Shown here piece after piece: positions 1 through 19,798 of a stretch of DNA of 64,000 bases (positions are counted from its first letter, which is position 1; every line of letters starts with the position of its first letter). This DNA comes from Yuukianura sp. NJ FZ-2021 (taxonomy: Eukaryota): the NCBI GenBank assembly GCA_046563655.1, contig CM102287.1, forward strand, positions 10,602,001 to 10,666,000, in the 5' to 3' direction. Both the position numbers and the translations under genes were made by a program. The notes under the pieces are model-generated. The model saw only the letters and a list, made by a program, of their open reading frames with translations, ran no database searches and was not told where the DNA came from.

Positions 1-829
1 ATGGCTACTCGTTTCGATGTCAACCCGTGGACTACTCCAACGACGACATGGCCATCAGGGTTCGTTCCTCCTTTCATGACGCACTCACTCTCGTCTCTAA
101 ATAAGTGTCTATTTGTAGATGGTCCATGCCTGTTGGTGGTACTACTTTAGCAAGTACACGGAGTTCTTGGACACGGTAATCAAACTAAAATGGAACCAAA
201 GTGGAATTCCCCAATTAATCCCTCCATTCTTTATAGTTTTTCTTTGTGCTGCGGAAGAAGAAGAGTCAGATCACGACTCTGCACGTCATTCACCATGGGT
301 TGATGCCAATGAGTGTTTGGTTTGGGGTCAAGTACACGCCTGGGGGCCACTCCACTTTCTTCGGCCTCCTCAACACCTTTGTCCACATCATCATGTACTT
401 TTACTACATGGTCTCTGCCATGGGACCCCAGTGGCACAAACTCATCTGGTGGAAAAAGTACATGACGTCCATCCAAATGGTAACAACCGCACTCATTCAA
501 CATTATTCAACAACTGACTGGCTCTCCTTCTCTAGGTCCAGTTTGTGCTCATCGCCACGCATGCCTTCCAGCTCCTCTTCATTTCCTGCGACTATCCGCG
601 TGCCTTTGTATGGTGGATCGGTTGCCATGGTCTCCTCTTTCTCATCCTCTTCTCCAACTTCTACCGACAGAGTTATCGACGCAGTTGTGGACACAAGAGT
701 GTCCTAACCACTCACCCCTCACCGTCATCCACCCCCCAACTTACACAACGTCCACTCAAAGAAGGTAGGGAGACCCCCTTCTGGGGATCCACCATTTCAT
801 CCCCCCTCAAACACCACAAAGAGCATTGA
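1..829 (+). CDS. ELOVL: Very-long-chain fatty acid elongase (ELOVL1/7-like), 3' part; 5' end lies outside the window
   Basis: Spliced exons ~1-59, 119-175, ~237-479 and 536-829 give GYSFRCQPVDYS, WWYYFSKYTEFLDT, the histidine box LHVIHHG and NTFVHIIMYFYY, all hallmark ELO motifs. Introns are GT-AG. Confidence 0.95.
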
Positions 830-1067
830 CATTAGTCTCACGTAACCTTAAAACCGCCACAACTCCAATCCAACTCATGCATCAATAAAAGGAAAGGGCC
901 TAGGCGGATTTTGTGGAGTGGACTTGCGTATTCTTATTACTAAAAACGACCACAGTTCGTGGTTCCCACTTCCATTTGTCCCACCCATTAATCCGCTAAA
1001 GAGCCACCAGAAGTATTTGACAGGATATTGGATCATGAGAGGCAAACGAAAGTCAAGTCCTCATCTT

Positions 1068-1150
1068 GGCTGAATAGCTCAATGGTTAGAGCGCTCGCCT
1101 AGTAAAAGGAAGTGAGCGAGAGGTTGGGTGTTCAACTCTCCCTTCAGCCT
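1068..1150 (+). tRNA. tRNA-Thr(AGT) with a 10-nt intron (1105-1114)
   Basis: Acceptor stem GGCTGAA/TTCAGCC, D-arm GCTC/GAGC, anticodon stem CTCGC/GCGAG around CT-AGT-A[AAAGGAAGTG]A, T-arm GGGTG-TTCAACT-CTCCC (one T-T mismatch), discriminator T. A T-run Pol III terminator starts at ~1153. Confidence 0.8.
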
Positions 1151-1416
1151 CATTTTTTTTTGTTTCCGCAATATTCCTCTCTTAACGTATAGAAGCCATT
1201 TCCATACTCTGAATCCTCTCTTTTTTGTCATTTGCGACTGGGATTTAGTAAGGGTATAGAGAAATGTTTTGAGAAACAAGTTGACGAATTTATTGGGTGC
1301 TCACTGGAACTGGTGAGAGGGGTTTAAACTACTGCGTTATTTAGTTGACTCGCGACAAGGAAGAAGAGAAAGGATAGTTGGATGTTGCGGGAAGTAAGGT
1401 AGAGTTGGTGAGTGGA

Positions 1417-2613
1417 TCAAGGTCTGTTTGGTGTAGGATGGACGGGGAGGTAGAATGCGACGACACCAATCAAGAAGATTCCGGTGAGGACGGAGAGGGA
1501 TACGACTGCACTGGGAGCGAAGAGTTGTTGTCCAAAGTGGAAGCAGACTAGCCAGAGAGCGAGGAGAAGGAGGCCCACGAACCCCACGAACCACAACCCC
1601 GACTCTGAACCCCGTCCGTTGTGTCCACTCGTCGCTTCTGCCCCACTCCACACTCGTGGTGGTGCTGGGGGGCTGGTGGGAGATACAGTGAGGCAGTGAA
1701 CGACACAATCCTCGAAGATACCCACGTCCTTCAGCCTCAAAGTCTCATCAATCACTCGTCCATTGAAAATGAGACGAACTGTCTTCTGGTCCTTTAACTC
1801 TTGGCTGAAGTGTCGCCTATCAAACAAACAAAAGGATTTGAGCATTCAATCCACTTGAACGAGTACTTGAAAAGTAAAGGGGAAGAGAGAGGAATACCTT
1901 TTAAAGTGCCCAATCTTTTCCGTGTCCCTTGCGACCACTTCCTGCTGCGTGTCATTGAGAAACTTGATAGTGAATCGGATGAGGTGGCCTCCAGCCCCAC
2001 CACACTCTCCTTCATTTCTGTTCCTCTGATCTAAGGGAGTGCCTAACTCTGTTGAATCCACTTCACTCCGTCTGTCTGTGTGTTCCGAAGTTCCTTCTCT
2101 GTCCCCATTTCGTTGTGGAGAGGAAGTCTGAGTATTCCCACTTGGTATCATCCTCTGTTGTTGACGAAAGAGACGACTCCAACTTGTGAGATGGAGGTTG
2201 GATGTATAAGTTGTGAGAGAGCGTAAGAGTCGCGTGGCGAAGTGGCGGAGAGTGAGGAGCAGAGTGTGGCCAGTGGAAGGGAGAGGCGGAGTAGTGTTGC
2301 CTGCGTTCCTTGGAGACTGTGTTGCGTGGATGTTGTGAATGAGGCGAGAGAGGAAGGGCTGCGGAGAGAAGAGTCGGATGTCGTGGATGGTGTTTTGGTG
2401 GGAATTGGTGGGTCTGATGGTGATGAGGAATGGTGGTTGTGGTGGTGCTGGAATGTCGTCGGGTGTATCTGTGCTTCTCCACCCACCATATGCAAGGACA
2501 ACAATAAAGACGAGTGTCGTGATAGCAGGCAGTGTTCCAGCAGTCAAAGTTTCCAGAAGGAAGTGCGTCAAAGTGAAGAGTGTCGTTCCAAGTTCCCACA
2601 CTATGAAAACCAT
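1417..2613 (-). CDS. TMUB: Transmembrane and ubiquitin-like domain-containing protein (TMUB-like)
   Basis: Two exons (2613-1898, 1816-1417). N-terminal TM ending YGGWRST, ubiquitin-like region FLNDTQ...VRLIFNGRVI...LKDVGIFEDCVVHC, two C-terminal TM helices. Confidence 0.85.
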
Positions 2614-3099
2614 ACTCAGAGTAGCTGGTGAATCTATTCATAAAAAACATGGATCAGAATAGACTGTTTTAACTAGAAATGGCAGAGTAATAGTCAAGTG
2701 GGTGTTTTTATAATTCGTAAACTCGTGAATTGACTTACTGCTTTGTCTATTTTCCAGTGACGTCTGACGTCCGTTCCCGTTGAAGCGCAATGTCAGCTGA
2801 TTCGTTGAATGACTGAATTTGGAGGAATGTTGAAGCGACAAGTGGTCCCTTTCTAACTTGATGAATTGACCAGCTCACCCTCTTGCATTTAAGTAAAGTC
2901 AATTACGATCAATGGATAATCGTAATCGAAATTATGAATAAATCAAAGGTCAATTCCTAGAATTTCCACTCAAAAACATTTGAAGTGAAAAGAGAAGAGT
3001 CTATTTGGCAGATACGGCGGATAGACCTGAGTGAACTGTATGGGGGGAGTTTTGCTGATTAATGTTAGGAATTTTTCCGCATTAGGAGTTTACTAAATT

Positions 3100-3310
3100 A
3101 GAGGTTATTCTTAATTCATAAATTCCTGACGTTCAATTCCTAATGCAGAGAATCATAATGTTCAATTTCTAATACAGAAAATCCTAATGTTCAACTTCTA
3201 ATGCAAAAATGGGAGATGTTAAATTCCTAGTGTGGAAAAAGGTGACACCAGACTTATGATGCAAAAAATGCTGAAGTTCAATTCCTATTGTGGAAAATCC
3301 TCACCCCTAT
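3100..3310. repeat. Degenerate ~29-bp tandem repeat (AATTCCTAATG..TTCAA motif), possibly a decayed MITE
   Basis: Repeated 'atcctaatgttcaa/attcctaatgcag' units, with reverse-complement 'ttaggaattt/cattaggag' copies at ~3060-3095. Confidence 0.45.
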
Positions 3311-3685
3311 TTTCTAAAGTACTATACAAGATTCCTAACGTGTTTTTACACCACGAATCATTCCTCCACATGGCAAAAGTAGAGACGGTGAGTTTTTTGT
3401 ACTCTGACTCTAGAAACGTATTCTGTACTCTAGCGGGATTTCTAGAATACATTCTACAGTATTTTTGGCTGTTCCCAAAAACATGTCTCTGGAACAGATT
3501 CTGATCCTGGGAACGGTGTGTGACATGGGGAAGTTGAGATGCCCGCGCGGGCAGACTTCTCTTTTTAAGTTTTGTTTTGTAATGTAAGCAACTGATGGTC
3601 AACGTTTTCCTACTTTGCAACCGAATTCCAGCATCAGTTCAGTTAATTCTGTAGTCCCTTTCTTATCAAATCAGTGTCAATTATC

Positions 3686-4578
3686 ATGGAGGCCGAGGTA
3701 AGTAATTAAAATAATACTAAAAATAAAAAATAAATGCATTTCTCTCACTGATTGTGTTCCTAACGCCCCTTTAGCTTGTTCTCGTCGGTTCGGAATCCCA
3801 GCTGACCAAAGCTGATGACGTTGAGGGCTCATCGAAGCTGAATTCAAGAAAAAAACAGTTTCGGTGGGCACCGAACAAGGATTTAGTCCTGGTGAAGGAG
3901 GTTGAAAATGAGCAACCATTCAACGGGGAGAAGAGAGGAGGTATCCAGCGCTGGACAAACGTTGCTACTTCAATCAATCTAGAATTTCCAGGAGCCAACG
4001 TTAACCACATTGCTGTCCGTCGCCGGTTTGAGCTACTTCACGAACTGTTTCTTAAGAGCGACAAAAAACAACGTGCGAAGTAAGTAGTTAAACTAATAGC
4101 TGCGCAGCTAAAACCATCAGCCTCTTACTTACTTTTTGTTATAGGTCAGGAGAAGGAGGCGACGTGACTGAAATTCAGCAAAGACTTAGCGTACTGTCCG
4201 AGTTGATCGACAGTATTGCTGCCAGCGAAAAGGAGGCTGTTGCTGTACGTCAGAAAAGAGTAGACGAAGACAAAGCAATTGGTGATGAAATTCGTGATGC
4301 AGCTCTGACCACTACTCCTAAGCGAAAGGGTATTATTTTCATAAACATGCCAAGGTTACGTAAAACATAATTCTACAAAAATTAAACTGATCCACTTTTA
4401 CTTTGTAGCTGATGATACGTCACCGCCGGCGCCGGCAAAACGCGCAAACGATACTAATCTCATTCGGTTGTACGAAAAGAAGGAGAATAACGAGGCAGCG
4501 ATGCGAAAACAGGAAATTCAATTAAAAGCCGACCAGCTGGAGTTTGAAAAAGAAAAGTTTCGTCACCAGCTCTATTAG
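3686..4578 (+). CDS. Myb/SANT-like DNA-binding protein with coiled-coil tail (PIF/Harbinger ORF1-like), 223 aa
   Basis: Exons 3686-3697, 3775-4079, 4145-4329 and 4409-4578 with GT-AG introns join into an open frame: MEAE...RKKQFRWAPNKDLVLVKEVENEQPF...RWTNVATSIN...VRRRFELL...KSGEGGDVTE...LSELID...GDEIRDAAL...QLEFEKEKF. Confidence 0.7.
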
Positions 4579-4655
4579 ACAAATGTTTTTTCACACGAAG
4601 GGTGCCCCTTTCGAACATTTCCGAAAAGCTGAAAAAGTGAATTGTGTAGAGTATA

Positions 4656-4842
4656 CAGGGTAGGCCAAGATTAATAACAAAATTTTTTGCTCTCAACCCA
4701 GTTTTTAACATTGCGAAAGATAGGAAATGAGTTTTTCTCCCGTTCTCTCACATGTTATCGCCAGCTCCGCAAACCCCAATCTCTTCCTGTGTTTAAAATA
4801 TGGGTTTCTTGAGTTTGTTGTTATTAATCTTGGCCTACCCTG
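4656..4842. mobile_element. 187-bp MITE, Tc1/mariner-type
   Basis: 25-bp TIR CAGGGTAGGCCAAGATTAATAACAA and its reverse complement; TA target duplication at 4654-55 and 4843-44. Confidence 0.9.
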
Positions 4843-5075
4843 TATTACTATAATGTGAACAAGACAGGGCTCACTCACTCCTAATCTAACCAAGTTACGT
4901 CATAGTCATAGTCACGAATTTAAAATCGATTGCAAAAGAGTTTGAGCGAAAACTAGACGAATTCACTATCAATTGCGATTCGAATAAAATTTTAACCAGT
5001 TGTTAGGATTGATGCTATCATCATTTGTATAAAATTTTAGCCTTCCAAAGCCAAAAGGTCACGCGTGACGGGCAT

Positions 5076-5484
5076 TTGTCAAAGTAAAGGCTATGGCACA
5101 CGATGAAAAAGTTGGGATTTAATTTTTGTCAAAGCAAAGCTGATGGCACACGATGAAAAACTTGGGATTTAATTTTTGTCAAAGCAAAGCTGATGGCACA
5201 CGATGAAAAAGCTGGGATTTAATTTTTGTCAAAGTAAAGGTAATGGCACACGATGAAAAAGTTGGGATTTAATTTTTGTCAAAGTAAGGGTTATGACACA
5301 CGATGAAAAAGTTGGGATTTAATTTTTGTCAAAGCAAAGGTGATGGCACACGATAAAAAAGTTGGAATTTAATTTTTGTCAAAGTAAAGGTGATGGCACA
5401 CGATGCAAAAGTTTTTCTCACAGTAAAGGTGATGATACACGAGGAAAAGTGGTCAGTTAATTATTTCATAGTAAAGGTGAGGAC
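5076..5484. repeat. 50-bp minisatellite (~7 good copies plus degenerate copies; resumes at ~5941-6058)
   Basis: 'cgatgaaaaa' (or a 1-nt variant) recurs at 5101, 5151, 5201, 5251, 5301, 5351 and 5401. Confidence 0.92.
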
Positions 5485-6497
5485 CAGAGAGTTGTCGAGG
5501 TGATTTTGTAGGTTTTTGTTCTAACTAGAGAGAAAGTATTGCGTGATTTCAACAAAAAAGTTTGAAGCCAATTTCCTGGCGGACGCTGGTGGACGAAACC
5601 GCTTGCACTTGAGAGATTAAGGCCTGTGCATACCTCAGCGAAAGAACGTCGTGCAGCGATCCACAATAAATCAAATTTTCAAATCAGTTTTCACTTTGTT
5701 AGTTTAAATAACTCAACAACTGCAACAGAAGGGAGTAGTGTTCGTTAAAGGGTATTCGCGGTTTAACCAAATATCAGACTGCAAGGAATAGAATGGTGTG
5801 TGAAGCAGCCTTAAGTTCTATGAATTTCAGTGAGTTGTCAGGAGAAACATTGGAAAACGTTAGCTTCAAAAATTTTGTTTAAAATGGTATTCATTTCGCA
5901 TCTATTAGTTAGGAAAAGTTTTGTTTAAAAATCTTTGGGGAGGACACACGAGGAAAAAGTAATCATTTAATTTTATCACAGTAAAGGTGCTGATACACTA
6001 CGAAAAAGTTGTCATTTAATTTTTTCACGGTAAAGGTGAGGACACACGAAGAAAAAGTTAGGTTAGGTTATGATGTATCTATGATGTAAGACAACGAAGT
6101 TACGTCATAGTCACGAATTTAAAATCGATTGCAAAAGAGTTTGAACGTAAACTAGACTAACCTTATTTTCCACGTCTCGATTTGCTTCAAGGAATTTTTG
6201 TTTGTGTTGTTCAAAAAAACTTGTAGGAAATGGTGTTGAAAGGCAATCGATCTCCCCTCAGATAATTCACATTAGTTTCCACTCAGTCACTCGAAAACAT
6301 TGGAAGGGAAAGGAGGAGAGACTATTTCACAGATACGGTGGATACACTTGAGTGAAGTGAAGCGGGAAGTGTGGGATTTGAAAAGGCACGACGTGGAATA
6401 GATTTGAAAAAGTGTTGAAGGTGTGGAAGTGGGCAGAGGTTCAACTCTTTTCAATTTCAAGTGCGTAACTGCTCAATTTGTTGGGGAATTGGACAAC

Positions 6498-8548
6498 ATG
6501 GCTTCCAGTAAGTGTTCTTTACTACTAACTACACTACTTAAGTAATTGAGTTGATCAACTACCATGGATTCGTCCAGTAAGACAATTTCCTTCTTTTCCA
6601 GAAAAGCAAAAGAAGACGAAGGGACAGACGTTTTCTCTGCAGGAGTTTAATGCGTCTGTGGAGGCCAAGGGCCCGTCTGGAGGTCAGAATGTGGTCTATG
6701 CCTCCAAACAACCCACGACCAAGTCCTGGGCTGACGAGGTGGATGACGATGACTGTAAGTGACCATTTGGATACAGTGAGTGCTTGTAGTCAACTAAAGT
6801 GACGACTGTTTGTAGTTGCAGACATGGTCATTGCTAACAAGATGAAGATGCTGCTCCCTTCGGCTCCAAGGGCGTCCAGAGGTCCTGACTTCAATGAGGC
6901 GGACATTCCGCATGACCCTCCCTTCACAGCCCACATGGGCAACATTTCCTTTGACATTGACGAGAGTGACGTGTATTCGTTCTTCAAGGAGTTGCAAGTG
7001 ACGGAACTCCGTCTGCCCAGAGACCTCAACAACCGTCTCCGCGGATTCGGCTATGTTCAGTTCAAGACGCGAGCGGATCTGATCGAGGCGCTGGGCATGA
7101 ACGAACAAATGCTCAACGGAAGGCCAGTCAGAATCAACTTGGGGCAATCTCAAGGAGAGGATCGTCGTGGAGGGAGCAGAAATGCGCCAGATCAAACTCC
7201 GGAAGACTGGCGCTCAGCCCCACCCACACAATTGACTGGTCCCACCCGCTCTTCTGACTATGATCGACCAGACTTCCGAGGTGGGAGGTCTGACAACTAT
7301 GGACCAGACTTTGGATCCCGAGGTGGGGACTTTGGAAGAAGACCGTATGGTGGTGGTCGTTATGACAATGAAGGTGGAGCAGAATATGGTGGGTCTCGTG
7401 GTGGTGACTTTGGTGGCAGAAGGGACTACGGTGATCGTGGAAGGAACTTCCCCAGAGACAGAGAAGGGTAACTTTCCTCACTTTCATGTTCATTTCTAAC
7501 CTAAAATAGTTGAGGATTAAGTAATGTGATTGAGAAGTTGCCTAAACGTTTCTATTCGTTTAGATTTGGGCGGGATGGAGGAGGGAGTGGTGGTGGATCA
7601 GAAGAAGAAGAAGCGACAACATGGCGGAGACCTGCAGTGGCTAGAGTGGAGCCGGAAGAGGATCGTTCCTTCCGAAGCAGAGATCGTGCCGGAGGGAGTC
7701 GAGATGGGCGATACGGCAGTCGGAGTCGAGAGATGTCTCCTGATTTCAGCGATGTTCGGTCTCAACGCCCTCCAGCCCCACCTAGACAAGAACCAGAAGG
7801 AAGGAAGGCGTCACCGCCGCGGGAAAGGAAGAAACTCGTTATTGCTCCTCGGACAGTCACACAGTCTCCTTCTGACTCTGTTGTGGCCAATGCAGCCATC
7901 TTCGGAGATGCACGCCCAGTCGATACGGCTGCTCGTGAAAGAGAAATCGAACGGAAACTGGCAGAACAGGAGGAACAGAGGAGAGCCAAGTAAACGTTTC
8001 ACTTTACTACTTTCCTCTTAACTTTATGTCTTTTAACTTGGTCAAAATTCAAATGGTAAAATATGATTGAACCTTTTACCATTTTAACCTTGATGGAGGA
8101 AGGATGTTCCTCCACTTTTTTTTTACTTTTGACCTTTCCACCTTTTGCTGAAGTTGTTTTTGGTTGTAGTGACTCTGTGCCCAAATCCGAAAGTGCACAA
8201 CCTCCCCCATCGAATGCCTGGAAAGATCGTCGTGATCGGGAGGAGATTCGGAGTGAAGCGGAGGAAGTGACAGTGCCAGAGGAAGACGGAGGGGAGGATG
8301 GACAGTCGAGTCGAGATCAGGCCCAGTCTCCGCACCCAGACTCTGATCACAAAGACACAAACAGTGAGCCCGAAGATGAGCGTGACCTCCGGAGTCAGGC
8401 GGAGGAGGGAGATGACTTTCAGCGTGTGGAACGGAGAGGCAGGAAACCCAAACCATCGCTCCAACCAACTTCTCGCCCAACACAGCGAGGCAGAGGGGGT
8501 CACTTCACTCGGCCCCCCACAACGCCCGCCAATCGTTCAAACTTTTAA
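6498..8548 (+). CDS. EIF4B: Eukaryotic translation initiation factor 4B
   Basis: MASKKQKKTKGQTFSLQEF...SWADE, LPSAPRASR, RRM (PPFTAHMGNISF...RGFGYVQF), DRYG-rich region and IFGDARPVDTAAREREIE; five exons. Confidence 0.95.
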
Positions 8549-8925
8549 GCCCAACGCCCCCCTTTTCGCTTTCTCTCCTCCAACTCCTCCAAAACCAAAA
8601 TTGTCCTTCATATTTTTCAATTCATGTAAATAAAGTTTGTCTTTGTTCCTCCCCACAAAAGAGAAAGGAGTAAGTTGATTGTAGCTTAGTTGGAGAGTGA
8701 GCTGCTTTGAAGTTGATTTTATTAGTAATTGACGAAGCGGAAGGAGTGGGAATTATGATTGGTTCGACGGAATGGAGTTGATTGGTTCCTTGTCTGCCAA
8801 CACAAAAGAGCAGAGTAAGTTGGAAATTGTTATTTTATAAGAAAAGAGTTTGGCATTGGAGAGTTACTGCAGGTGAGTTCGGAGACTCGACGGAAGACTT
8901 GAGTTAGAAGGCCAGTGGACGGATT

Positions 8926-10337
8926 TTAGTTGGCTGGAGTGACATAATTTGCTGGAAGCATTCCGCGACGTCCACTTCTCTGGATTGTTCCTGTCATCCA
9001 TCCCTCCTCCACTGCAGTGCAATTGATGATCAAATCACCATCCACGAAGCTCACCTAATATTCAAAAACCAACAATTTAGTAAGGAGTTGAAGTGGAAGT
9101 CAAGTGAGAAGTGTGACCTCGTCTCTGTCCTGTGCTTCGTAGTCATACAAAGCACGGTAGCAGACGCCATAGCCATTATCCAAAAGACCTTGTGCTGGAT
9201 GACGCTGACTGTGCTGAGCAGGAGGCTGTACGTGTGAACCCACTCCTCGGACACCCTTTCAAAACAGGACACAAGAATTGAACAGTACAAGTATTAATAA
9301 AATAAAGTAGAACATCTCTTGTAAATTGATGAGTAAAGGATTTCAAATGAGACTTGTACCTGTTGAGGCCTCTGTTGATCCAGCGATCCAAAGTAGTTGT
9401 TAACTGGATCATAGTCAGCAATCGACCCCACTTTCCTCCCAGAGTTCGCATTCAAATTCCCTAAAAGTGAGATGAGTAATGGAATGGTCTAAAATTCATT
9501 TGACTCAAAGTGTAAGAGAGACCGACCTCCGATGTCTGACGAATAGACGACGTTCTGAGCCGCCCGTCCAGCGTATGTGTTTGGTTGTTGGGGAGGAGGT
9601 GGATGGTAGTGCGGTGGAGCCTGGTGCTGGATGCGATCGTCTCCAGAAGCCCCTGTCTCATAACTGGAAGGTCTCTGTTGGTAGGATTGGGCGGGTGGTG
9701 GAACGTAGCGTTGTGTTGGGACGGAAGAGAGTTCATCCATGTAGGAAGGGCTGAGTGGAGGGGAAGGGCCCCCATTGCTGCCCTGCTCTCCCTCCCCCGT
9801 CAACGTCCGTTTCGTCTCCATCACTTTCTTCTTCTCCAAATCCCCGTGGTAAGTGACGTTGCTGATGATCTTCGTGTTGCCCTTGAGACGGAGGAGTTCG
9901 GGGTCGTCCGTCACAGCAGTGAACTTCCCTTTGGCTCTCTCGAACTCTGCATGGTACACAGCCTGTGAAGAGACAAACAAAGTGCTCAATCGCTCCTTTC
10001 CAGACACAACTAGAGAATGAAGTGTGACTTACGTTGGATTGGATCTTGGTGTTCTCCTGGATGCGTTTCATTTCCGGCGTGTCAGCGACCGTGGTGGCCT
10101 TGGCCTTGGGGATGTGTGCTTCGCAGTACGGCAGTTTGTCAAAACCCTTGTAGGTCTTCATGTTGAGAGTCATGGCGCATTCCGTGCACTTGAAGCACCC
10201 TTTGTGCCAGATCTAAGAATCAAACACTTGTATGAACGTAGGAAAGTATTTGGAGTAGTTGGATTTACCTTATCGAGGCACTTGAGTTCCTCCAGGGGGT
10301 ACACTGTCTTGCTACATTTCGCACAACACTTGCTCAT
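8926..10337 (-). CDS. Lasp: LIM and SH3 domain protein (Lasp)
   Basis: LIM domain [27 protein letters not shown]...YCEAH, nebulin repeats ([29 protein letters not shown]), SH3 [15 protein letters not shown]...EGWMTG...GMLPANYV. Confidence 0.95.
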
Positions 10338-10954
10338 GTTCAAGTCGTTCAGTTCAACGGAATTCAAATAGGATTGGACGAGGACAGAGTCACTCAAGAA
10401 CGATGACCTCGAATACAAACTCCAATGAGTTACAAAATTAGTGTTTTGTTATTCACTTTGTGCATGATTGAGACGAATGGCAATTCATCCTCATCCCAAT
10501 TCATCTACTGGCGGAATGGCAAAATTACAAATCTACCATTTTTTTAATAAACAAAACCACATCAACTTTCAACTAACGTTTTGTGGATTTTGGGTTGTGT
10601 ACTCTAAATGTCCACCAAAAGTAGCGTTTTAAATCTCCACCTGTTTCAAATTCCAATCATTTCTAGACCCTGCCCTGGTGGAAATTTAAGTAAAAAAAAT
10701 AAAGAATAAATGTGTAACGTTTATTAAGGTCTGCTGAAGTAGGGTGAAGTGGAATTTTGGAGTTTTGGACGAAAAAGGATTTAGGAATAGGATTTGGCAT
10801 TTGATTTTTGGACACACCTTGAGAAAGTAGTGATGCCGTTGACACAGGTCACTCTCCAAGTGTTCTTTAATTCCAACAGGATGATAAATACAGTTCATGT
10901 GAAAAGTGGTCAACATACAAAAGAACCTACACTCTGTAACAATAAACTTATAAT

Positions 10955-19402
<8,448 letters not shown>

Positions 19403-19557
19403 TGGTTAATTAGTTGATTAATCGGTGACCATTGTTTTGATTGATTTCGTGTCCCCTTGACTCTGTCTCTGTTTCAATTGAAGAAAGGAGAAGGACTCAG
19501 TTGGTAAGGAAGAGGGGGAACCCAAACCTAGTCACATGATCACTTCGCACTGTTTCC

Positions 19558-19695
19558 CTAATTTCAAAATCATTTCCCGCATTTTTGGACACTATTTCTC
19601 GGAAAAGAAGAGAAACTGCAGAATGGTTATCCGACTATTAGACTCGACTCTACTTTGAACTTGAGACAAAGTGCGGGAAATTATTTTGAAATTAG
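19558..19695. promoter_or_regulatory. Bidirectional promoter BRWD3/DHDDS with inverted E2F-like (GCGGGAAA) + CHR-like (TTTGAA) arms
   Basis: 28-bp inverted repeat with 2 mismatches (19558-19585 vs 19668-19695) between divergent start codons. Confidence 0.6.
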
Positions 19696-19798
19696 TCAAC
19701 AATCAAAATTAGAAAAAGTTAATTTCAAGTCTTCCTCAAAACATTGAAATTAAACGTTAATTTCCTCATCAATTGTTAATCGTTAGTCCTCATTCTAA

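Noticed and set aside
5076..5484. CRISPR-like appearance of the 50-bp array (also the 45-bp array)
   Set aside because: The repeats are head-to-tail with no unique spacers, there are no cas genes, and the context is eukaryotic.
5485..5935. Possible coding remnant or TIR element inside the 50-bp array
   Set aside because: It has only short stop-interrupted frames and 6-7-bp imperfect ends, with nothing recognisable.
6058..6070. TTAGG telomeric repeat
   Set aside because: Only ~2.5 units, internal, and such motifs are common inside arthropod MITEs.
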